Positions 8,131-23,100 of a stretch of DNA of 64,000 nt are shown in pieces (the stretch's first letter is position 1; every line of letters starts with the position of its first letter). This stretch comes from Antedon mediterranea (taxonomy: Eukaryota > Animalia > Echinodermata). Under the pieces are notes generated by a model. The model had not been told where the DNA came from. It did not search any database and worked only from the letters and a program-made list of their open reading frames with translations. Where the stretch lies: assembly GCF_964355755.1 (NCBI RefSeq), contig NC_092677.1:21003075-21067074 (forward strand). The letters are read 5' to 3'. A program made the translations under genes and the position numbers.

Positions 8131-11100
8131 TCAAATCGTATTTTGAGACGTTTTAGACAATTTTGTGATTTTCGAAAAAACTTGTTAACATAAAAACACC
8201 AAAGTGCTTAGAAAAGCTTCAAATCGCATTTGGAGACGTTTTAGACCATTTTGTGCATTTCGATGAAACTTGGTTACACAAAAACATCAAAGTGTACAGA
8301 ATAGCTTCAAATCGCATTAGAAACCGTTTTAGACCATTTTGAGCATTTCGAAAAAACTTTTTCACACAAAACATCAAAGTGTACAAAATAGCTTCAAATC
8401 GCATTTGGAGACGTTTTAGACAATTTTGTGATTTTCGAAAAAACTTGTTTACATAAAAACACCAAAGTGCTCAGAATAGCTTCCAATCGCATTTGGAGAC
8501 GTTTTAGACCCTTTTGTGCATTTCGATGAAACTTGGTTACACAAAAACATCAAAGTGCTTAAAATCACAGTAGAAACGGTTTTAGACCATTTTGAGCATT
8601 TCGTTAAAATTTTTCACAGAAAAACATCAAAGAGCAAAAAATAGCTTAATATCGTATTTAAAAACGTTTTAGACCATTTTGAGCATTTCGACAAAACTTT
8701 TTCACACAAAACATCAAAGTATACAGATAAGCTTCAAATCGCATTTTGAGACGTTTTAAACCATTTTGAGCATTTCGATAAAATTTTACACACAAAAACA
8801 TCAAAGTGCACAAAATAGCTTAATATGGTATTTAAAAACGTTTTAGACCATTTTGAGCATTTCAACAAAACTTTTTCTCACAAAACATCAAAGTGTACAG
8901 AATAGCTTCAAATCGCATTTGGAGACGTTTTAGACCATTTTGTGCATTTCGATGAAACTTGGTTACACAAAAACATCAAAGTGCTTAAAATCACATTTTG
9001 AGCATTTCGTTAAAACTTTTCACACAAAAACATCAAAGTCCACAAAATAGCTTAATATCGTATTTAAAAACGTTTTAGACCATTTTGAGCATTTTCGAAA
9101 AAACTTGTTAACATAAAAACACCAAAGTGCTCAGAATACCTTCAAATCGTGTTTTGAGACGTTTTAGACCGTTTTGTAATTTTCGAAAAAACTTGTTAAC
9201 ATAAAAACACCAAAGTGCTCAGAATACCTTCACATCGCATTTTGAGACGTTTTAGACCATTTTGTGATTTTCGAAAAAACTTGTTAACATAAAAACACCA
9301 AAGTGCTTAGAAAAGCTTGAAATCGCATTTGGAGACGTTTTAGACCATTTTGTGCATTTCGATGAAACTTGGTTAAAGTGCTTAAAATCACATTTTGAGC
9401 ATTTCGTTAAAACTTTTCACACAAAAACATCAAAGAGTAAAAAATAGCTTAATATCGTATTTAAAAACGTTTTAGACCATTTTGAGCATTTCGACAAAAT
9501 TTTTTCACACAAAACATCAAAGTGTACAGAATAGCTTTAAATCGCATTTGGAGACGTTTTAGACCATTTTGTTCATTTCGATGAAACAAAAACACAAAAA
9601 CATCAAATTGCACAAAATGGCTTAATATGATATGGGAAAACGTTTTAGACCATTTTGAACATTTCGTTAAAAGTTTTCACAAAAAAACATCAAAGTCCAC
9701 AAAATAGCTTAATATCGTATTTAAAAACGTTTTAGACAATTTTGAGCATTTCGAAAAAACTTTTTCACACAAAACATCAAAGTTTACAAAATAGCTTCAA
9801 ATCGCATTTGGAGACGTTTTAGACCATTTTGTGATTTTCGAAAAAACTTGTTAACATAAAAACACCAAAGTGCTCAGAATACCTTCAAATCGCATTTTGA
9901 GACGTTTTAGACCATTTTGTGATTTTCGAAAAAACTTGTTAACATAAAAACACCAAAGTGCTCAGAATACCTTCAAATCGTGTTTTGAGACGTTTTAGAC
10001 CATTTTGTGATTTTGGAAAAACTTGTTAACATAAAAACACCAAAGTGCTCAGAATACCTTCAAATCGCATTTGGAGACGTTTTAGACCATTTTGTGATTT
10101 TCGAAAAAACTTGTTAACATAAAAACACCAAAGTGCTCAGAAAAGCTTCAAATCGCAATTGGAGACGTTTTAAACCATTTTGTTCATTTCGATGAAACTT
10201 GGTTACACAAAAACATCAAATTGCACAAAATGGCTTAATATGGTATGGGAAAACGTTTTAGACCATTTTGAACATTTCGAGAAAACTTTTTCACACAAAA
10301 CTTCAAGGTGTACAGAATAGCTTCAAATCGCATTAGAAACCGTTTTAGACCATTTTGAGCATTTCGAAAAAAACTTTTTCACACAAAACATCAAAGTTTA
10401 CAAAATAGCTTCAAATCGCATTTGGAGACGTTTTAGACCATTTTGTGATTTTCGAAAAAACTTGTTAACATAAAAACACCAAAGTGCTCAGAATACCTTC
10501 AAATCGCATTTTGAGACGTTTTAGACCATTTTGTGATTTTCGAAAAAACTTGTTAACATAAAAATACCAAAGTGCTCAGAATACCTTCAAATCGTGTTTT
10601 GAGACGTTTTAGACCATTTTGTGATTTTCGAAAAAACTTGTTAACATAAAAACACCAAAGTGCTCAGAATACCTTCAAATCGCATTTGGAGACGTTTTAG
10701 ACCATTTTGTGATTTTCGAAAAAACTTGTTAACATAAAAACACCAAAGTGCTCAGAAAAGCTTCAAATCGCAATTGGAGACGTTTTAAACCATTTTGTTC
10801 ATTTCGATGAAACTTGGTTACACAAAAACATCAAAGAGCACAAAAGTATTTAAAAACGTTTTAGACCATTTTGAGCATTCCGACAAAACTTTTTCACACA
10901 AAACATCAAAGTGTACAGAATAGCTTTAAATCGCATTTGGAGACGTTTTAGACCATTTTGTAGTTTTCGAAAAAACTTGTTAACATAAAAACACAAAAGA
11001 GCTTCAAATCGCATTTGGAGACGTTTTAGACCCTTTTGTGCATTTCGATGAAACTTGGTTACACAAAAACATCAAAGTGCTTAAAATCACATTAGAAACC

Positions 11101-14100
11101 GTTTTAGACCATTTTGAGCATTTCGTTAAAACTTTTCACACAAAAACATCAAAGTCCACAAAATAGCTTAATATCGTTTTCAAAAACGTTTTAGACCATT
11201 TTGAGCATTTCGAAAAAACTTTTTCACACAAAACATCAAAGTTTACAAAATAGCTTCAAATCGCATTTGGAGACGTTTTAGACCATTTTGTGATTTTCGA
11301 AAAAACTTGTTAACATAAAAACACCAAAGTGCTCAGAATACCTTCAAATCGCATTTGGAGACGTTTTAGACCATTTTGTGATTTTCGAAAAAACTTGTTA
11401 ACATAAAAACACCAAAGTGCTTAGAAAAGCTTCAAATCGCATTTGGAGACGTTTTAGACCATTTTGTGCATTTCGATGAAACTTGGTTACACAAAAACAT
11501 CAAAGTGCTTAAAATCACATTTTGAGCATTTCGTTAAAACTTTTCACACAAAAACATCAAAGAGCAAAAAATAGCTTAATATCGTATTTAAAAACGTTTT
11601 AGACCATTTTGAGCATTTCGACAAAACTTTTTCACACAAAACATCAAAGTGTACAAAATAGCTTCAAATCGCATTTGGAGACGTTTTAGACAATTTTGTG
11701 ATTTTCGAAAAAACTTGTTTACATAAAAACACCAAAGTGCTAAGAATAGCTTCCAATCGCATTTGGAGACGTTTTAGACCCTTTTGTGCATTTCGATGAA
11801 ACTTGGTTACACAAAAACATCAAAGTGCTTAAAATCACATTAGAAACCGTTTTAGAACATTTTGAGCATTTCGTTAAAATTTTTCACAGAAAAACATCAA
11901 AGAGCAAAAAATAGCTTAATATCGTATTTAAAAACGTTTTAGACCATTTTGAGCATTTCGACAAAACTTTTTCACACAAAACAACAAAGTGTACAGAATA
12001 GCTTCAAATCGCATTTGGAGACGTTTTAACCCATTTTGAGCATTTCGATAAAATTTTACACACAAAAACATCAAAGTGCACAAAATAGCTTAATATGGTA
12101 TTTAAAAACGTTTTAGACCATTTTGAGCATTTCAACAAAACTTTTTCTCACAAAACATCAAAGTGTACAGAATAGCTTCAAATCGCATTTGGAGACGTTT
12201 TAGACCATTTTGTGCATTTCGATGAAACTTGGTTACACAAAAACATCAAAGTGCTTAAAATCACATTTTGAGCATTTCGTTAAAACTCTTCACACAAAAA
12301 CATCAAAGTCCACAAAATAGCTTAATATCGTATTTAAAAACGTTTTAGACCATTTTGAGCATTTCGAAAAAACTTTTCCACACAAAACATCAAAGTTTAC
12401 AAAATAGCTTCAAATCGCATTTGGAGACGTTTTAGACCATTTTGTGATTTTCGAAAAAACTTGTTAACATAAAAACACCAAAGTGCTCAGAATACCTTCA
12501 AATCGCATTTGGAGACGTTTTAGACCCTTTTGTGCATTTCGATGAAACTTGGTTACACAAAAACATCAAAGTGCTTAAAATCACATTAGAAACCGTTTTA
12601 GACCATTTTGAGCATTTCGTTAAAATTTTTCACAGAAAAACATCAAAGAGCAAAAAATAGCTTAATATCGTATTTAAAAACGTTTTAGACCATTTTGAGC
12701 ATTTCGACAAAACTTTTTCACACAAAACATCAAAGTGTACAGAATAGCTTCAAATCGCATTTGGAGACGTTTTAACCCATTTTGAGCATTTCGATAAAAT
12801 TTTACACACAAAAACATCAAAGTGCACAAAATAGCTTAATATGGTATTTAAAAACGTTTTAGACCATTTTGAGCATTTCAACAAAACTTTTTCTCGCAAA
12901 ACATCAAAGTGTACAGAATAGCTTCAAATCGCATTTGGAGACGTTTTAGACCATTTTGTGCATTTCGATGAAACTTGGTTACACAAAAACATCAAAGTGC
13001 TTAAAATCACATTTTGAGCATTTCGTTAAAACTTTTCACACAAAAACATCAAAGTCCACAAAATAGCTTAATATCGTATTTAAAAACGTTTTAGACCATT
13101 TTGAGCATTTCGAAAAAACTTTTCCACACAAAACATCAAAGTTTACAAAATAGCTTCAAATCGCATTTGGAGACGTTTTAGACCATTTTGTGATTTTCGA
13201 AAAAACTTGTTAACATAAAAACACCAAAGTGCTCAGAATACCTTCAAATCGTGTTTTGAGACGTTTTAGACCATTTTGTAATTTTCGAAAAAACTTGTTA
13301 ACATAAAAACACCAAAGTGCTCAGAATACCTTCACATCGCATTTTGAGACGTTTTAGACCATTTTGTGATTTTCGAAAAAACTTGTTAACATAAAAACAC
13401 CAAAGTGCTTAGAAAAGCTTGAAATCGCATTTGGAGACGTTTTAGACCATTTTGTGCATTTCGATGAAACTTGGTTAAAGTGCTTAAAATCACATTTTGA
13501 GCATTTCGTTAAAACTTTTCACACAAAAACATCAAAGAGTAAAAAATAGCTTAATATCGTATTTAAAAACGTTTTAGACCATTTTGAGCATTTCGACAAA
13601 ATTTTTTCACACAAAACATCAAAGTGTACAGAATAGCTTTAAATCGCATTTGGAGACGTTTTAGACCATTTTGTTCATTTCGATGAAACAAAAACACAAA
13701 AACATCAAATTGCACAAAATGGCTTAATATGATATGGGAAAACGTTTTAGACCATTTTGAACATTTCGTTAAAAGTTTTCACAAAAAAACATCAAAGTCC
13801 ACAAAATAGCTTAATATCGTATTTAAAAACGTTTTAGACCATTTTGAGCATTTCGAAAAAACTTTTTCACACAAAACATCAAAGTTTACAAAATAGCTTC
13901 AAATCGCATTTGGAGACGTTTTAGACCATTTTGTGATTTTCGAAAAAACTTGTTAACATAAAAACACCAAAGTGCTCAGAATACCTTCAAATCGCATTTT
14001 GAGACGTTTTAGACCATTTTGTGATTTTCGAAAAAACTTGTTAACATAAAAACACCAAAGTGCTCAGAATACCTTCAAATCGTGTTTTGAGACGTTTTAG

Positions 14101-17100
14101 ACCATTTTGTGATTTTGGAAAAACTTGTTAACATAAAAACACCAAAGTGCTCAGAATACCTTCAAATCGCATTTGGAGACGTTTTAGACCATTTTGTGAT
14201 TTTCGAAAAAACTTGTTAACATAAAAACACCAAAGTGCTCAGAAAAGCTTCAAATCGCAATTGGAGACGTTTTAAACCATTTTGTTCATTTCGATGAAAC
14301 TTGGTTACACAAAAACATCAAATTGCACAAAATGGCTTAATATGGTATGGGAAAACGTTTTAGACCATTTTGAACATTTCGAGAAAACTTTTTCACACAA
14401 AACTTCAAAGTGTACAGAATAGCTTCAAATCGCATTAGAAACCGTTTTAGACCATTTTGAGCATTTCGAAAAAAACTTTTTCACACAAAACATCAAAGTT
14501 TACAAAATAGCTTCAAATCGCATTTGGAGACGTTTTAGACCATTTTGTGATTTTCGAAAAAACTTGTTAACATAAAAACACCAAAGTGCTCTGAATACCT
14601 TCAAATCGCATTTTGAGACGTTTTAGACCATTTTGTGATTTTCGAAAAAACTTGTTAACATAAAAATACCAAAGTGCTCAGAATACCTTCAAATCGTGTT
14701 TTGAGACGTTTAAGACCATTTTGTGATTTTCGAAAAAACTTGTTAACATAAAAACACCAAAGTGCTCAGAATACCTTCAAATCGCATTTGGAGACGTTTT
14801 AGACCATTTTGTGATTTTCGAAAAAACTTGTTAACATAAAAACACCAAAGTGCTCAGAAAAGCTTCAAATCGCATTTGGAGACGTTTTAAACCATTTTGT
14901 TCATTTCGATGAAACTTGGTTACACAAAAACATCAAAGAGCACAAAAGTATTTAAAAACGTTTTAGACCATTTTGAGCATACCGACAAAACTTTTTCACA
15001 CAAAACATCAAAGTGTACAGAATAGCTTTAAATCGCATTTGGAGACGTTTTAGACCATTTTGTAGTTTTCGAAAAAACTTGTTAACATAAAAACACAAAA
15101 GAGCTTCAAATCGCATTTGGAGACGTTTTAGACCCTTTTGTGCATTTCGATGAAACTTGGTTACACAAAAACATCAAAGTGCTTAAAATCACATTAGAAA
15201 CCGTTTTAGACCATTTTGAGCATTTCGTTAAAACTTTTCACACAAAAACATCAAAGTCCACAAAATAGCTTAATATCGTATTCAAAAACGTTTTAGACCA
15301 TTTTGAGCATTTCGAAAAAACTTTTTCACACAAAACATCAAAGTTTACAAAATAGCTTCAAATCGCATTTGGAGACGTTTTAGACCATTTTGTGATTTTC
15401 GAAAAAACTTGTTAACATAAAAACACCAAAGTGCTCAGAATACCTTCAAATCGCATTTTGAGACGTTTTAGACCATTTTGTGATTTTCAAAAAAACAACA
15501 TAAAAACACCAAAGTGCTCAGAATACCTTCAAATCGCATTTGGAGACGTTTTAGACCATTTTGTGATTTTGGAAAAAACTTGTTAACATAAAAACACCAA
15601 AGTGCTCAGAATACCTTCAAATCGTATTTTGAGACGTTTTAGACAATTTTGTGATTTTCGAAAAAACTTGTTAACATAAAAACACCAAAGTGCTTAGAAA
15701 AGCTTCAAATCGCATTTGGAGACGTTTTAGACCATTTTGTGCATTTCGATGAAACTTGGTTACACAAAAACATCAAAGTGTACAGAATAGCTTCAAATCG
15801 CATTAGAAACCGTTTTAGACCATTTTGAGCATTTCGAAAAAACTTTTTCACACAAAACATCAAAGTGTACAAAATAGCTTCAAATCGCATTTGGAGACGT
15901 TTTAGACAATTTTGTGATTTTCGAAAAAACTTGTTTACATAAAAACACCAAAGTGCTCAGAATAGCTTCCAATCGCATTTGGAGACGTTTTAGACCCTTT
16001 TGTGCATTTCGATGAAACTTGGTTACACAAAAACATCAAAGTGCTTAAAATCACAGTAGAAACGGTTTTAGACCATTTTGAGCATTTCGTTAAAATTTTT
16101 CACAGAAAAACATCAAAGAGCAAAAAATAGCTTAATATCGTATTTAAAAACGTTTTAGACCATTTTGAGCATTTCGACAAAACTTTTTCACACAAAACAT
16201 CAAAGTATACAGATAAGCTTCAAATCGCATTTGGAGACGTTTTAAACCATTTTGAGCATTTCGATAAAATTTTACACACAAAAACATCAAAGTGCACAAA
16301 ATAGCTTAATATGGTATTTAAAAACGTTTTAGACCATTTTGAGCATTTCAACAAAACTTTTTCTCACAAAACATCAAAGTGTACAGAATAGCTTCAAATC
16401 GCATTTGGAGACGTTTTAGACCATTTTGTGCATTTCGATGAAACTTGGTTACACAAAAACATCAAAGTGCTTAAAATCACATTTTGAGCATTTCGTTAAA
16501 ACTTTTCACACAAAAACATCAAAGTCCACAAAATAGCTTAATATCGTATTTAAAAACGTTTTAGACCATTTTGAGCATTTTCGAAAAAACTTGTTAACAT
16601 AAAAACACCAAAGTGCTCAGAATACCTTCAAATCGTGTTTTGAGACGTTTTAGACCGTTTTGTAATTTTCGAAAAAACTTGTTAACATAAAAACACCAAA
16701 GTGCTCAGAATACCTTCACATCGCATTTTGAGACGTTTTAGACCATTTTGTGATTTTCGAAAAAACTTGTTAACATAAAAACACCAAAGTGCTTAGAAAA
16801 GCTTGAAATCGCATTTGGAGACGTTTTAGACCATTTTGTGCATTTCGATGAAACTTGGTTAAAGTGCTTAAAATCACATTTTGAGCATTTCGTTAAAACT
16901 TTTCACACAAAAACATCAAAGAGTAAAAAATAGCTTAATATCGTATTTAAAAACGTTTTAGACCATTTTGAGCATTTCGACAAAATTTTTTCACACAAAA
17001 CATCAAAGTGTACAGAATAGCTTTAAATCGCATTTGGAGACGTTTTAGACCATTTTGTTCATTTCGATGAAACAAAAACACAAAAACATCAAATTGCACA

Positions 17101-20100
17101 AAATGGCTTAATATGATATGGGAAAACGTTTTAGACCATTTTGAACATTTCGTTAAAAGTTTTCACAAAAAAACATCAAAGTCCACAAAATAGCTTAATA
17201 TCGTATTTAAAAACGTTTTAGACAATTTTGAGCATTTCGAAAAAACTTTTTCACACAAAACATCAAAGTTTACAAAATAGCTTCAAATCGCATTTGGAGA
17301 CGTTTTAGACCATTTTGTGATTTTCGAAAAAACTTGTTAACATAAAAACACCAAAGTGCTCAGAATACCTTCAAATCGCATTTTGAGACGTTTTAGACCA
17401 TTTTGTGATTTTCGAAAAAACTTGTTAACATAAAAACACCAAAGTGCTCAGAATACCTTCAAATCGTGTTTTGAGACGTTTTAGACCATTTTGTGATTTT
17501 GGAAAAACTTGTTAACATAAAAACACCAAAGTGCTCAGAATACCTTCAAATCGCATTTGGAGACGTTTTAGACCATTTTGTGATTTTCGAAAAAACTTGT
17601 TAACATAAAAACACCAAAGTGCTCAGAAAAGCTTCAAATCGCAATTGGAGACGTTTTAAACCATTTTGTTCATTTCGATGAAACTTGGTTACACAAAAAC
17701 ATCAAATTGCACAAAATGGCTTAATATGGTATGGGAAAACGTTTTAGACCATTTTGAACATTTCGAGAAAACTTTTTCACACAAAACTTCAAGGTGTACA
17801 GAATAGCTTCAAATCGCATTAGAAACCGTTTTAGACCATTTTGAGCATTTCGAAAAAAACTTTTTCACACAAAACATCAAAGTTTACAAAATAGCTTCAA
17901 ATCGCATTTGGAGACGTTTTAGACCATTTTGTGATTTTCGAAAAAACTTGTTAACATAAAAACACCAAAGTGCTCAGAATACCTTCAAATCGCATTTTGA
18001 GACGTTTTAGACCATTTTGTGATTTTCGAAAAAACTTGTTAACATAAAAATACCAAAGTGCTCAGAATACCTTCAAATCGTGTTTTGAGACGTTTTAGAC
18101 CATTTTGTGATTTTCGAAAAAACTTGTTAACATAAAAACACCAAAGTGCTCAGAATACCTTCAAATCGCATTTGGAGACGTTTTAGACCATTTTGTGATT
18201 TTCGAAAAAACTTGTTAACATAAAAACACCAAAGTGCTCAGAAAAGCTTCAAATCGCAATTGGAGACGTTTTAAACCATTTTGTTCATTTCGATGAAACT
18301 TGGTTACACAAAAACATCAAAGAGCACAAAAGTATTTAAAAACGTTTTAGACCATTTTGAGCATTCCGACAAAACTTTTTCACACAAAACATCAAAGTGT
18401 ACAGAATAGCTTTAAATCGCATTTGGAGACGTTTTAGACCATTTTGTAGTTTTCGAAAAAACTTGTTAACATAAAAACACAAAAGAGCTTCAAATCGCAT
18501 TTGGAGACGTTTTAGACCCTTTTGTGCATTTCGATGAAACTTGGTTACACAAAAACATCAAAGTGCTTAAAATCACATTAGAAACCGTTTTAGACCATTT
18601 TGAGCATTTCGTTAAAACTTTTCACACAAAAACATCAAAGTCCACAAAATAGCTTAATATCGTTTTCAAAAACGTTTTAGACCATTTTGAGCATTTCGAA
18701 AAAACTTTTTCACACAAAACATCAAAGTTTACAAAATAGCTTCAAATCGCATTTGGAGACGTTTTAGACCATTTTGTGATTTTCGAAAAAACTTGTTAAC
18801 ATAAAAACACCAAAGTGCTCAGAATACCTTCAAATCGCATTTGGAGACGTTTTAGACCATTTTGTGATTTTCGAAAAAACTTGTTAACATAAAAACACCA
18901 AAGTGCTTAGAAAAGCTTCAAATCGCATTTGGAGACGTTTTAGACCATTTTGTGCATTTCGATGAAACTTGGTTACACAAAAACATCAAAGTGCTTAAAA
19001 TCACATTTTGAGCATTTCGTTAAAACTTTTCACACAAAAACATCAAAGAGCAAAAAATAGCTTAATATCGTATTTAAAAACGTTTTAGACCATTTTGAGC
19101 ATTTCGACAAAACTTTTTCACACAAAACATCAAAGTGTACAAAATAGCTTCAAATCGCATTTGGAGACGTTTTAGACAATTTTGTGATTTTCGAAAAAAC
19201 TTGTTTACATAAAAACACCAAAGTGCTAAGAATAGCTTCCAATCGCATTTGGAGACGTTTTAGACCCTTTTGTGCATTTCGATGAAACTTGGTTACACAA
19301 AAACATCAAAGTGCTTAAAATCACATTAGAAACCGTTTTAGAACATTTTGAGCATTTCGTTAAAATTTTTCACAGAAAAACATCAAAGAGCAAAAAATAG
19401 CTTAATATCGTATTTAAAAACGTTTTAGACCATTTTGAGCATTTCGACAAAACTTTTTCACACAAAACAACAAAGTGTACAGAATAGCTTCAAATCGCAT
19501 TTGGAGACGTTTTAACCCATTTTGAGCATTTCGATAAAATTTTACACACAAAAACATCAAAGTGCACAAAATAGCTTAATATGGTATTTAAAAACGTTTT
19601 AGACCATTTTGAGCATTTCAACAAAACTTTTTCTCACAAAACATCAAAGTGTACAGAATAGCTTCAAATCGCATTTGGAGACGTTTTAGACCATTTTGTG
19701 CATTTCGATGAAACTTGGTTACACAAAAACATCAAAGTGCTTAAAATCACATTTTGAGCATTTCGTTAAAACTCTTCACACAAAAACATCAAAGTCCACA
19801 AAATAGCTTAATATCGTATTTAAAAACGTTTTAGACCATTTTGAGCATTTCGAAAAAACTTTTCCACACAAAACATCAAAGTTTACAAAATAGCTTCAAA
19901 TCGCATTTGGAGACGTTTTAGACCATTTTGTGATTTTCGAAAAAACTTGTTAACATAAAAACACCAAAGTGCTCAGAATACCTTCAAATCGCATTTGGAG
20001 ACGTTTTAGACCTTTTTGTGCATTTCGATGAAACTTGGTTACACAAAAACATCAAAGTGCTTAAAATCACATTAGAAACCGTTTTAGACCATTTTGAGCA

Positions 20101-23100
20101 TTTCGTTAAAATTTTTCACAGAAAAACATCAAAGAGCAAAAAATAGCTTAATATCGTATTTAAAAACGTTTTAGACCATTTTGAGCATTTCGACAAAACT
20201 TTTTCACACAAAACATCAAAGTGTACAGAATAGCTTCAAATCGCATTTGGAGACGTTTTAACCCATTTTGAGCATTTCGATAAAATTTTACACACAAAAA
20301 CATCAAAGTGCACAAAATAGCTTAATATGGTATTTAAAAACGTTTTAGACCATTTTGAGCATTTCAACAAAACTTTTTCTCGCAAAACATCAAAGTGTAC
20401 AGAATAGCTTCAAATCGCATTTGGAGACGTTTTAGACCATTTTGTGCATTTCGATGAAACTTGGTTACACAAAAACATCAAAGTGCTTAAAATCACATTT
20501 TGAGCATTTCGTTAAAACTTTTCACACAAAAACATCAAAGTCCACAAAATAGCTTAATATCGTATTTAAAAACGTTTTAGACCATTTTGAGCATTTCGAA
20601 AAAACTTTTCCACACAAAACATCAAAGTTTACAAAATAGCTTCAAATCGCATTTGGAGACGTTTTAGACCATTTTGTGATTTTCGAAAAAACTTGTTAAC
20701 ATAAAAACACCAAAGTGCTCAGAATACCTTCAAATCGTGTTTTGAGACGTTTTAGACCATTTTGTAATTTTCGAAAAAACTTGTTAACATAAAAACACCA
20801 AAGTGCTCAGAATACCTTCACATCGCATTTTGAGACGTTTTAGACCATTTTGTGATTTTCGAAAAAACTTGTTAACATAAAAACACCAAAGTGCTTAGAA
20901 AAGCTTGAAATCGCATTTGGAGACGTTTTAGACCATTTTGTGCATTTCGATGAAACTTGGTTAAAGTGCTTAAAATCACATTTTGAGCATTTCGTTAAAA
21001 CTTTTCACACAAAAACATCAAAGAGTAAAAAATAGCTTAATATCGTATTTAAAAACGTTTTAGACCATTTTGAGCATTTCGACAAAATTTTTTCACACAA
21101 AACATCAAAGTGTACAGAATAGCTTTAAATCGCATTTGGAGACGTTTTAGACCATTTTGTTCATTTCGATGAAACAAAAACACAAAAACATCAAATTGCA
21201 CAAAATGGCTTAATATGATATGGGAAAACGTTTTAGACCATTTTGAACATTTCGTTAAAAGTTTTCACAAAAAAACATCAAAGTCCACAAAATAGCTTAA
21301 TATCGTATTTAAAAACGTTTTAGACCATTTTGAGCATTTCGAAAAAACTTTTTCACACAAAACATCAAAGTTTACAAAATAGCTTCAAATCGCATTTGGA
21401 GACGTTTTAGACCATTTTGTGATTTTCGAAAAAACTTGTTAACATAAAAACACCAAAGTGCTCAGAATACCTTCAAATCGCATTTTGAGACGTTTTAGAC
21501 CATTTTGTGATTTTCGAAAAAACTTGTTAACATAAAAACACCAAAGTGCTCAGAATACCTTCAAATCGTGTTTTGAGACGTTTTAGACCATTTTGTGATT
21601 TTGGAAAAACTTGTTAACATAAAAACACCAAAGTGCTCAGAATACCTTCAAATCGCATTTGGAGACGTTTTAGACCATTTTGTGATTTTCGGAAAAACTT
21701 GTTAACATAAAAACACCAAAGTGCTCAGAAAAGCTTCAAATCGCAATTGGAGACGTTTTAAACCATTTTTTTCATTTCGATGAAACTTGGTTACACAAAA
21801 ACATCAAATTGCACAAAATGGCTTAATATGGTATGGGAAAACGTTTTAGACCATTTTGAACATTTCGAGAAAACTTTTTCACACAAAACTTCAAAGTGTA
21901 CAGAATAGCTTCAAATCGCATTAGAAACCGTTTTAGACCATTTTGAGCATTTCGAAAAAACTTTTTCACACAAAACATCAAAGTTTACAAAATAGCTTCA
22001 AATCGCATTTGGAGACGTTTTAGACCATTTTGTGATTTTCGAAAAAACTTGTTAACATAAAAACACCAAAGTGCTCAGAATACCTTCAAATCGCATTTTG
22101 AGACGTTTTAGACCATTTTGTGATTTTCGAAAAAACTTGTTAACATAAAAATACCAAAGTGCTCAGAATACCTTCAAATCGTGTTTTGAGACGTTTTAGA
22201 CCATTTTGTGATTTTCGAAAAAACTTGTTAACATAAAAACACCAAAGTGCTCAGAATACCTTCAAATCGCATTTGGAGACGTTTTAGACCATTTTGTGAT
22301 TTTCGAAAAAACTTGTTAACATAAAAACACCAAAGTGCTCAGAAAAGCTTCAAATCGCAATTGGAGACGTTTTAAACCATTTTGTTCATTTCGATGAAAC
22401 TTGGTTACACAAAAACATCAAAGAGCACAAAAGTATTTAAAAACGTTTTAGACCATTTTGAGCATTCCGACAAAACTTTTTCACACAAAACATCAAAGTG
22501 TACAGAATAGCTTTAAATCGCATTTGGAGACGTTTTAGACCATTTTGTAGTTTTCGAAAAAACTTGTTAACATAAAAACACAAAAGAGCTTCAAATCGCA
22601 TTTGGAGACGTTTTAGACCCTTTTGTGCATTTCGATGAAACTTGGTTACACAAAAACATCAAAGTGCTTAAAATCACATTAGAAACCGTTTTAGACCATT
22701 TTGAGCATTTCGTTAAAACTTTTCACACAAAAACATCAAAGTCCACAAAATAGCTTAATATCGTTTTCAAAAACGTTTTAGACCATTTTGAGCATTTCGA
22801 AAAAACTTTTTCACACAAAACATCAAAGTTTACAAAATAGCTTCAAATCGCATTTGGAGACGTTTTAGACCATTTTGTGATTTTCGAAAAAACTTGTTAA
22901 CATAAAAACACCAAAGTGCTCAGAATACCTTCAAATCGCATTTGGAGACGTTTTAGACCATTTTGTGATTTTCGAAAAAACTTGTTAACATAAAAACACC
23001 AAAGTGCTTAGAAAAGCTTCAAATCGCATTTGGAGACGTTTTAGACCATTTTGTGCATTTCGATGAAACTTGGTTACACAAAAACATCAAAGTGCTTAAA

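Larger units (their letters stand above)
512..21650 (+). repeat. 7486-bp super-HOR (3384 + 4102 bp subunits), about 2.4 copies once the transposon is removed
   Basis: Marker GATGAAACAAAAACAC at 2821, 9580, 13682, 17066 and 21168 gives spacings of 3384 (after subtracting 3375), 4102, 3384 and 4102. Identical ORFs at 8219 and 15705 are 7486 apart. Private variants CACAGTAGAAACGG (~8566/16052) and CTTCAAGGTG (10301/17787) are shared. Boundaries approximate. Confidence 0.9.

Noticed and set aside
4819-8193. Short ORFs in the transposon arms and core, some with Cys/His repeats (FHICG, AHKCK)
   Set aside because: They are translations of the CCACAAATGT boxes or AT-rich sequence, mirrored between arms with frameshifts. 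Not zinc fingers or a transposase.
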